NCBI GenBank assembly: GCA_036400935.1
Contig: DASWWW010000004.1
Span: 7,808 to 71,807 of the forward strand
Reading direction: 5' to 3'
Length of the DNA stretch: 64,000 bases
DNA from: Minisyncoccota bacterium
Lineage (GTDB): Bacteria > Patescibacteriota > Minisyncoccia > Phycocordibacterales > UBA6065
Both the position numbers and the translations under genes were made by a program. Positions 57,381 through 64,000 of the stretch are shown one piece after another (the stretch's first letter is position 1; each line of letters starts with the position of its first letter). The notes under the pieces were generated by a model that saw only the letters and a program-made list of their open reading frames with translations, was not told where the DNA came from and made no database searches.

Positions 57381-57545
57381 TAAATAAAAAACCGCCCCGT
57401 CAGGCAGTTTTTTCAGATGAAAGAGATAGATATCTTACACGCCAAAAAAGTGCTGCCTTTTGTGCCAGGCAGGCCACCAAGTAGCATTTGTTTGATATGT
57501 GTAATTCACGTTGTGAGTATAGTAACCAGGACCGAGGAAGTCAAA
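57381..57545 (-). promoter_or_regulatory. promoter and Trp-codon transcription attenuator
   Basis: TTGACT-17-TATACT; segments ctgcct / aggcag / aaaactgcct / gggcggtttt followed by a U-tract. Confidence 0.75.
57435..57509 (-). CDS. leader peptide MNYTYQTNATWWPAWHKRQHFFGV
   Basis: GTG start 6 nt after the -10 box; tandem TGG TGG plus a third Trp overlapping stem 1. Confidence 0.7.
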   Translation of the reverse strand: MNYTYQTNATWWPAWHKRQHFFGV

Positions 57546-57549
57546 CAGC

Positions 57550-58050
57550 CTAGGCGCGCAAAATATTTCTGTCCAATTCCACCCTCTCATCTCTTAAGAT
57601 AAGGCCGTTCTCATCCCTCACCGGCATATTTATCCAGAGATTGGTGATTTTCGCCGACCACAATTTCTGAACACTTCCCGCCGAATAATATTCTAAAGCA
57701 ATTTCCTGCTCGCCGGCCTTTGCCCTGCAGGAATTAACAATCTCCAATCCAACCTCTAACTCCTTCCCATCAAGCACGTGACCGCCTTCGCATTTTATAA
57801 AGACTCCGCCGGATTCCGTCCTATCGAATAAAACCGCAAATATCTTGCCTGTTCTCAATATGTTTTGGGAATGCAGAGCTTCGGTATTCGAGCCCCAGTA
57901 TATGTTTTCAAGCTTCTCGTCGGAAAAAAATCTCACGGGACTATTGTGAGGCGATCCGTCCGCATTAGCAGTAGCAAGCGAAATATGCCTGCTTGTATGA
58001 ATGAGTTCCTTTGCCCTACTTATTTTTGGTTCTAAGTTTTTCATAGTCAT
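57550..58050 (-). CDS. pyridoxamine 5'-phosphate oxidase-like FMN-binding protein
   Basis: ISLATANADGSPHNSPV, HSQNI; AT-rich. Confidence 0.85.
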   Translation of the reverse strand: MTMKNLEPKISRAKELIHTSRHISLATANADGSPHNSPVRFFSDEKLENIYWGSNTEALHSQNILRTGKIFAVLFDRTESGGVFIKCEGGHVLDGKELEVGLEIVNSCRAKAGEQEIALEYYSAGSVQKLWSAKITNLWINMPVRDENGLILRDERVELDRNILRA

Positions 58051-58075
58051 AGTAATTATAGCAGGAAGAAGATCA

Positions 58076-58249
58076 TGGACTCGCCCTCGACTAAACCTTC
58101 GCCGTCGCTCAGGTTTGTCTGGGCACCGCCTCGCCATCGCTCGCCGCTCGCGATATGGCTCCGGCGTTCTCGTCCAAGACGCAGGTCCACAGGACCCGCT
58201 CCGCTTCGCCAATGAAAAAATCACCCAATTGGGTGATTTTTTCATTGGC
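58076..58249. repeat. multi-hairpin element and terminator downstream of tRNA-Asn
   Basis: gccaatgaaaaaatcaccc/gggtgattttttcattggc plus nested GC-rich hairpins bounded by tggactcg...gttctcgtcca. Confidence 0.55.
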
Positions 58250-58321
58250 TCCGCGGCTTGGACTCGAACCAAGGACCCATCCCTTAACAGGGGATCGCTC
58301 TACCAGCTGAGCTACCGCGGA
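58246..58321 (-). tRNA. tRNA-Asn (GTT)
   Basis: TCCGCGG/CCGCGGA acceptor stem + GCCA, anticodon loop CTGTTAA, GGTTCGAGTCC. Confidence 0.96.
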
Positions 58322-58484
58322 ATGTATTAACTTTTACCGTCAGACTGTTATATTAGCAGATTTTTTCGAGTAAGCAATCGCCGGCGCAGCCATACGTCTT
58401 ATGTATACGCGCGGGCCCTGCCCTTGCCCGCCATCACCCAAAAGAAAGATACCGTCCTCCTGAAACGTACTATAATAGAAGCAT

Positions 58485-59090
58485 ATGGCCGACGACACCA
58501 CACGAATGACCGAAACGGATGCGATTCTCGTACAAAAAGCCCTTGCGAACGGGGATGAATTCGCGCACTTGATCGACAGGTATCAGGAGCCTCTCAAGCG
58601 CTACATACGGCGCGTGGCGCGCCCGGGACAGGACGATCTCGACATCCTCCTTCAGGACGTCTTCATAAAGGTCTACGAGAACCTCAACGACTTCGACCAA
58701 GGGCTGCAGTTCTCTTCGTGGATATACCGAATCGCCCACAACGAGTCGATCGATTTCCTGAGGAAAAAGAAGCGCTTCGGCGCCTCGCTCGACGAAGCGA
58801 CCGGCGACGACGAATCGGCGACTCTCGGCGAGACTCTCGCTGCCGATACGGACATAGCCGGCGACGCCGACAAGTCGTACATAAAGAAAAGCATCGAGGC
58901 GGTGCTCGAGGATCTCGAGCCGAAATACCGGTCGGTGCTCGTCCTCAAATTCCTGGAAGAGAAAGACTATTGCGAGATATCCGACATCCTGAGAAAACCG
59001 CCCGGGACAGTAGCCACGCTAATACACAGGGCCAAGAAGGAGTTCAGGAGGCTGGCAGAGGAAAAAGGAATGCACCTAGGAGGAATATAA
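58485..59090 (+). CDS. ECF sigma-70 factor
   Basis: DILLQDVFIK, FSSWIYRIAHN, region 4 EISDIL..PPGTVATLIHRA. Confidence 0.93.
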   Translation: MADDTTRMTETDAILVQKALANGDEFAHLIDRYQEPLKRYIRRVARPGQDDLDILLQDVFIKVYENLNDFDQGLQFSSWIYRIAHNESIDFLRKKKRFGASLDEATGDDESATLGETLAADTDIAGDADKSYIKKSIEAVLEDLEPKYRSVLVLKFLEEKDYCEISDILRKPPGTVATLIHRAKKEFRRLAEEKGMHLGGI

Positions 59091-59091
59091 T

Positions 59092-59793
59092 ATGAAAACA
59101 TCTCTCACATTACAAAAGCAGGTTCTCGAAAGGATCAAAGCCCAGGGCGTAAAGCCTATGCCCAAGGGCTATTTCAAGGCGCGCGAATACCTGCTCTGGG
59201 GACTCCTCGGCGTATTGGTCGCCGCGCTTGCCGTAGGATTCGGCATGATCGTATTCATGGTTAAGGGCGCCGACATGACTCTCTTTGCAAAGCTCGGCCT
59301 CACGGCGACCGAGAAGATTCTCTACACCATTCCCTTCTTCTGGATCTCGGCGACCATCATCGTCGCCACTATTGCCTACGTGAACTTCAGGACGACCCGC
59401 CTCGGCTACCGCATCAGCATACGCCAGTTCATCCTCATCGCTGCCCTCGTGGCGACCGGACTCGGCTCGGTAGCGTACGCGTCGCACTTCAGCGAGTTCA
59501 TCGACAATATCGCATCGGAAAACGTCCCTCTCTATAACGCGGTCATTCCCCTCAATACAAACACGTGGTTCGATCCTGAAAAAGGCCTCCTTTCCGGAAC
59601 GGTCCGCAGCAAGGAAAACGACAACGACTTCACCCTCCGCGATCCTGACTCGGTCCTCTGGCACGTGACAGGAAATATCGTAAAGCCCGAAGGTTTTACC
59701 TTCGGCACGGGCGACACCATCCGACTCATCGGAACAGCAAAGGACAACGACGAATTCCGCGCCATCGAAGTCGTGAATTGGAAGCCGAATTAG
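59092..59793 (+). CDS. membrane protein, putative anti-sigma factor
   Basis: Three TMs and an extracytoplasmic domain; directly follows the ECF sigma. Confidence 0.6.
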   Translation: MKTSLTLQKQVLERIKAQGVKPMPKGYFKAREYLLWGLLGVLVAALAVGFGMIVFMVKGADMTLFAKLGLTATEKILYTIPFFWISATIIVATIAYVNFRTTRLGYRISIRQFILIAALVATGLGSVAYASHFSEFIDNIASENVPLYNAVIPLNTNTWFDPEKGLLSGTVRSKENDNDFTLRDPDSVLWHVTGNIVKPEGFTFGTGDTIRLIGTAKDNDEFRAIEVVNWKPN

Positions 59794-59825
59794 GAATTAC
59801 AGGCATTTGCAGGTAGAGTAGGGCC

Positions 59826-60587
59826 ATGGACAACGAAACTCCCATAGAAACAAAGACCCGTCTCGACGTCGCGGTACATAGCCGCGGCCTTGCCCGCTCG
59901 CGCTCTGCTGCCGTCGATCTCATAAAGCGCGAGAAGATCAAGGTAAACGGAAAGGTCATTACCAAGGGCAGCTTCGAGGTTTCCTCTTCGGACACCCTCT
60001 CTATCGACGCGCCCGAGCGATTCGTATCGCGCGCGGGCGAGAAGCTCTCGCACGCCCTCGACGCCTTCAAGATCGATGTTAAGGGCCTTGAGGCGGTAGA
60101 CATCGGCTCTTCGACCGGCGGATTCACGGACTGCCTCCTCCAGCGCGGCGCAAAGAAAGTCGTCGCCATCGACGTCGGCAACGACCAGCTCGTTTCGGAG
60201 CTGCGAAACGACCCTCGCGTCGAAGTGCACGAGGATACTAATGTCCGCTCGTTCAAGATCGCGTCACCGGTAGATATAGCCGTAATCGATGTATCGTTCA
60301 TCTCGCTCACCCTCGTCCTGCCAAAGGCGTATGAATTCCTGAAGGACGGAGGCCTCCTGAAAAAGGGCGGCATCGTCGTAGCGCTCGTAAAGCCGCAGTT
60401 CGAAGTCGGCATGGAAACGGCCAAGAAGCACCGCGGCGTGATCACGAGCGAGGGCGAGCACCGACAGGTCCTCGAGCACGTGAAATCGGTCGCCAAGGAG
60501 ATCGGTTTCAAGGTAGCAAACGAGACTCCTTCCCCTATCGAGGGCGAAAAAGGAAACAAGGAGTTTCTCCTCTATCTAAAGAAATAA
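59826..60587 (+). CDS. tlyA: TlyA-family rRNA methyltransferase
   Basis: S4 domain, VSRAGEKL, DIGSSTGGFTD, DVSFIS, KPQFE, GNKEF. Confidence 0.95.
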   Translation: MDNETPIETKTRLDVAVHSRGLARSRSAAVDLIKREKIKVNGKVITKGSFEVSSSDTLSIDAPERFVSRAGEKLSHALDAFKIDVKGLEAVDIGSSTGGFTDCLLQRGAKKVVAIDVGNDQLVSELRNDPRVEVHEDTNVRSFKIASPVDIAVIDVSFISLTLVLPKAYEFLKDGGLLKKGGIVVALVKPQFEVGMETAKKHRGVITSEGEHRQVLEHVKSVAKEIGFKVANETPSPIEGEKGNKEFLLYLKK

Positions 60588-60617
60588 TTTAAAGGCCCGC
60601 CTTACGGCGGGCCTTTT

Positions 60618-61205
60618 CTATTCAATGTTCATTCCCCACTTGTTCGAGTGAGGCAGCCTCTCTTTCTTTGAAAGAGTCAGTTGGTAGAAGCCAAAAACGA
60701 TCGTGACGAGCGTCGCGCCCATCTTGTACACGACCCATTCGTTCGAGACCAGAAGGTGCCGCGCCACTTCGTTTCCGGCAGTCAGGATGATGAACATGAC
60801 CATCCAGCGCCGCGAAAGTGTCATCCAGCCCTTGTCCGTCATGCAGAAGAGAGCCGAAAACAGGTTTTTCAGGATCGGCTGGCCGTAAACATAGAGCCCG
60901 ATGGCGATGACGAGGGCGAACCCGCCGTTATAGACCGTATCCTTGATAATGAGGTAGAACGGGTCGTCTAAAAAGATAGTGAGCGCGCCGAAACCGATCA
61001 CAGAGAGACCGGCAACAAGCGGAAACAGAGCGATCCTGCGATCCTTTATGTATGCGACAACGAGAGCGAGCGCCGTAAGACTTACAAAAATAATGGACGC
61101 TGGCATGAAACCCAAGGTGTCCGATGTGAGGAAGAAAGAGATGATAGGCCCGAACTCGATTCCCCAGCTCAGGGCAATCTTCCAAAGATCCGCTCGTTTT
61201 GACAT
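60618..61205 (-). CDS. IspZ/YciB inner membrane protein
   Basis: EFGPIISFF, FGALTI, IKDTV, NEVAR, WVVYK. Confidence 0.85.
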   Translation of the reverse strand: MSKRADLWKIALSWGIEFGPIISFFLTSDTLGFMPASIIFVSLTALALVVAYIKDRRIALFPLVAGLSVIGFGALTIFLDDPFYLIIKDTVYNGGFALVIAIGLYVYGQPILKNLFSALFCMTDKGWMTLSRRWMVMFIILTAGNEVARHLLVSNEWVVYKMGATLVTIVFGFYQLTLSKKERLPHSNKWGMNIE

Positions 61206-61330
61206 GGCTACAATCATACCATGCAAAAATCTGACCCGTTGCCTCTTGCCAATATGGTTAAAATGTGTCAAATTAGCGCGGTAAACCTCCAACCTTTCAC
61301 TTCAGCGATCTGCACTTATTATAAAAATTC

Positions 61331-61729
61331 ATGGAATCCTTCACCCTGATTCTGTTCTCCAGAGGCGTATTTGCCCATGTCCTGGGCGTCACCGATCCCA
61401 TCAAGATCGAGCCAGTCGGGCTCAAGCGGCCGCAGGGCGAGAGCCAGACGATCGCCGCCCTGCCGGTCTGGAAGATCACGATTGGGCGGAAATACAGGCC
61501 TGAACGTGGCATGCGCTACGATCTGGGACCAGCTTCTATGATAGTAAGGAACGTCCGGCTCAACGGCGACGCGGGCAAGGAGCATCATACGTTCTATTGC
61601 GAGTCGACTTTTGAGATCCAAGGACGTGAAAAGGGACAGGATCGCAGCCAGTCCCTTATTGACGCGGGCTGGAGTCCCGCCGACCTAACATCCGACGACC
61701 TCATCGGTCTTTACGGAACCAAGTTCTAA
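61331..61729 (+). CDS. hypothetical protein
   Basis: 132-aa ORF followed by a terminator. Confidence 0.55.
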   Translation: MESFTLILFSRGVFAHVLGVTDPIKIEPVGLKRPQGESQTIAALPVWKITIGRKYRPERGMRYDLGPASMIVRNVRLNGDAGKEHHTFYCESTFEIQGREKGQDRSQSLIDAGWSPADLTSDDLIGLYGTKF

Positions 61730-61888
61730 AATCGACCGATCCAGCCGCTTTTATCCCATTTCGGGCCAAAAGCGGCTTTTTTATTGACTTATCATGCGGC
61801 TTTTGACTTTTCCCCGCTTTTTTGTTTAAATAGAGCCTCAATTTGAGCCATGGGCTCGTTTTATTTTATTTATATTTTTTAGCAATTT

Positions 61889-63691
61889 ATGGAGATTCGA
61901 AACATAGCGATCATCGCCCACGTGGACCACGGAAAGACCACGCTTATGGACGGCATCATGAAGCAGTCCGGCGTAGCCAAGGAAGGGTTCTCGATGGACT
62001 CGAACGCACTCGAGCAGGAGCGAGGAATCACCATTTACGCCAAGAACGCGTCAATCGACTACAAGGGTACCAAGATCAACATCGTGGACACCCCGGGACA
62101 CGCCGACTTCGGCTCTGAAGTAGAGCGCGTCCTCCGATCGATCGACACCGTTCTCCTCCTCGTTGACGCGCAGGAAGGCCCTATGCCCCAGACGCGCTTC
62201 GTGCTCAAGAAGTCTCTCGAGCTCGGAATGAAGCCTATCGTCCTCATCAACAAGATCGACAAGCCTGCCGCTCGACCGAAGGAAGTCCTCGACGAAATCC
62301 TCGAGCTCTTCATCGAGTTGGGCGCGACTGACGAGCAGCTCGACTTTACTACTATCTACTCGATCGGGCGCCAGGGCATCGCAAAGCGAAAGCTCACCGA
62401 CGAGTCGACGAACCTCAATCCCCTCCTCGACACCGTGCTCGAGCTTGTTCCTGCTGCGAAATCCGACACTGCTGCCCCTCTCCGCATGCAGCCTTTCAAC
62501 CTCGCGTACGATTCATATACCGGCCGACTCGGACTCGGACGAATCTACGAAGGCAAGGTCAAGGTTGGCCAGACCGTTACCATCAAGAAGCCTACCGGCG
62601 AAGTGCGAACCGGAAAGATCACCAAGCTCTACACCTTCAAGGGACTCGACCGCGAGGAGATCAATGAGGCAGGCGCGGGCGACATCGTCATGGTTGCCGG
62701 CCTTCCTGACATCTTCATCGGCGAGACCATCTGCGAGAACGCTGACCAGACCCCTCTCCACGCCATCAACGTCGACGAGCCGACTATCGCCCTCAACTTC
62801 CTCGTCAACAACTCTCCTTTCGCAGGCCGCGAAGGAAAGTTCGTCACCACCCGCCAGATCCGCGAGCGACTCGAGAAGGAGCTCGAAGTGAACGTGGGAC
62901 TCCGCATCGATTTCAATCCAGAGACTCAGCCAGGACAGCCTGATACCTTCAAGGTATTCGGCCGAGGCGAGCTCCACGTTTCCGTATTGCTCGAGACCAT
63001 GCGACGCGAAGGCTTCGAAGTCCAGGTATCGCAGCCACAGGTAATCATCAAGGAGATCGACGGCCAAAAGAACGAGCCGTTCGAGGAAGTTACCGCTGAC
63101 GTCCGAACCGACGTCTCAGGCGAAGTCATCCGCAAGCTCTCTATGCGAAAGGGCCTCATGACCAACATGGTCGAGCGAGACGGCATTACCCGCCTCACCT
63201 TCGAGATCCCAACCCGAGGTCTCCTCGGCTATCGAGGCGAGTTTGTCATCGACACCCGCGGCGAAGGCATCCTCTCTGCGCGATTCATCGGATTCCGACC
63301 GCACGTAGGCGTTATCGAGAAGCACGAGTTCGGCTCGATGATCTCTATGGAGAACGGCGACGCTGTAGGATTCGCACTCTGGAATCTCCAGGAGCGCGGA
63401 GTGCTTTATATCGGCGCAGGCGTGCCTGTCTACGAGGGAATGATCCTCGGAAACACATCTAAGGGCGACGACCTCGAGGTCAACCCTTGCAAGGGCAAGG
63501 TTCTCTCGAACTACCGATCTGCCGGAAAGGACGAGGCGATCACCCTTATCCCCCCTTACACACTGTCTATCGAGCGAGGACTCGAAATCATGCATAACGA
63601 CGACTACCTCGAGATCACCCCAACGAGCGTGCGATTGCGAAAGCAGCTCCTCAAAAAGGGCGATCGAGACAAGTCAACGAAAAAGGCGTAA
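61889..63691 (+). CDS. typA: translational GTPase TypA/BipA
   Basis: [33 protein letters not shown]. Confidence 0.97.
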   Translation: MEIRNIAIIAHVDHGKTTLMDGIMKQSGVAKEGFSMDSNALEQERGITIYAKNASIDYKGTKINIVDTPGHADFGSEVERVLRSIDTVLLLVDAQEGPMPQTRFVLKKSLELGMKPIVLINKIDKPAARPKEVLDEILELFIELGATDEQLDFTTIYSIGRQGIAKRKLTDESTNLNPLLDTVLELVPAAKSDTAAPLRMQPFNLAYDSYTGRLGLGRIYEGKVKVGQTVTIKKPTGEVRTGKITKLYTFKGLDREEINEAGAGDIVMVAGLPDIFIGETICENADQTPLHAINVDEPTIALNFLVNNSPFAGREGKFVTTRQIRERLEKELEVNVGLRIDFNPETQPGQPDTFKVFGRGELHVSVLLETMRREGFEVQVSQPQVIIKEIDGQKNEPFEEVTADVRTDVSGEVIRKLSMRKGLMTNMVERDGITRLTFEIPTRGLLGYRGEFVIDTRGEGILSARFIGFRPHVGVIEKHEFGSMISMENGDAVGFALWNLQERGVLYIGAGVPVYEGMILGNTSKGDDLEVNPCKGKVLSNYRSAGKDEAITLIPPYTLSIERGLEIMHNDDYLEITPTSVRLRKQLLKKGDRDKSTKKA

Positions 63692-63760
63692 AAGCAAAAT
63701 AAAAAGACCGTTCGCACGTCCAAGTCGGGGAGGGACTAGCGAACGGCTTTTGTTTTGCCT

Positions 63761-64000
63761 TTATTCCAAGATGTCGCCTTCGGCAAATGGATTCTGGCCT
63801 TTGGCCATGAATACGCGCTGGATCATGAGCGTGAAATCGTCGAGCTTTGCCTCGAACGTATCCTGCCTGTCATCCATGCGATCCATCCTTTCTTCCATTT
63901 TCTCGAATCTCTTATCCATCTGCTCAAACCCGGCGTCTATGCGCTCAAACCTCTTGTCCATCCGGTCAAAGCCTGCCCGCATCTCCTCAAAGCCCCTATC
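63761..64000 (-). CDS. coiled-coil heptad-repeat protein (5' end off window)
   Basis: FDRMDKRFERIDAGFEQMDKRF heptads. Confidence 0.65.
   Translation of the reverse strand, partial: DRGFEEMRAGFDRMDKRFERIDAGFEQMDKRFEKMEERMDRMDDRQDTFEAKLDDFTLMIQRVFMAKGQNPFAEGDILE

Noticed and set aside
58051-58272. N-terminal extension of the 240-aa ORF
   Set aside because: It runs through tRNA-Asn and hairpin DNA; a TATAAT supports a start at 58050 or 58044.
42868-60617. Recurring gcccgcc-ttac-ggcgggc palindromes (42872, 60595; variant near 54253) as CRISPR or REP arrays
   Set aside because: Isolated copies between convergent genes with A/T tails; best explained as bidirectional terminators.
63761-64000. 21-nt periodicity at the window end
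   Set aside because: Coding heptad repeats of a coiled-coil protein, not a DNA repeat array.
1-64000. CRISPR-Cas, retron, DGR, rRNA, IS transposase or alternative genetic code
   Set aside because: No repeat-spacer array, reverse transcriptase, rRNA or transposase motifs were seen, and TGA acts as a stop in clear genes.

Overview
This 64-kb window is bacterial chromosome, most likely Patescibacteria/CPR of the Parcubacteria type. That call rests on gene content, two mreB copies, an HTH-MurA fusion, a helicase-degenerate PriA and many leaderless genes; the genetic code is standard. Most of it is a housekeeping backbone: rmuC, a reduced dcw cluster (mraZ-rsmH-ftsL-ftsI-murF), lysS, greA, mrdA, mreBC, proS, rseP, frr, holB, priA-def-fmt, hpf, tlyA and typA, plus tRNA-Glu(CTC) and tRNA-Asn(GTT). 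Four accessory features stand out. (1) A ~7-kb AT-rich element sits at the 3' end of tRNA-Glu. Its large serine recombinase reads into the tRNA, and an in-frame alternative C-terminus lies at the opposite junction. The element also carries a TerS-like gene, a cloverleaf antisense-type RNA leader before a small membrane protein, and a 1275-aa nuclease-TPR-GreAB-PIN putative defence protein. (2) A Trp-codon leader-peptide attenuator precedes a NadB/SdhA-like flavoprotein. (3) A polysaccharide locus has a PilZ-less BcsA-like synthase fused to a GT-C transferase, with GH8, a polyprenyl-P-sugar synthase, GtrA and a cytidylyltransferase. (4) An orphan PemK/MazF toxin is frameshifted in a C7 tract. 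Several candidate ncRNAs and small ORFs are also present. All calls come from reading the sequence and recognising motifs; no database searches were run. No CRISPR array, rRNA, reverse transcriptase or transposase was seen.
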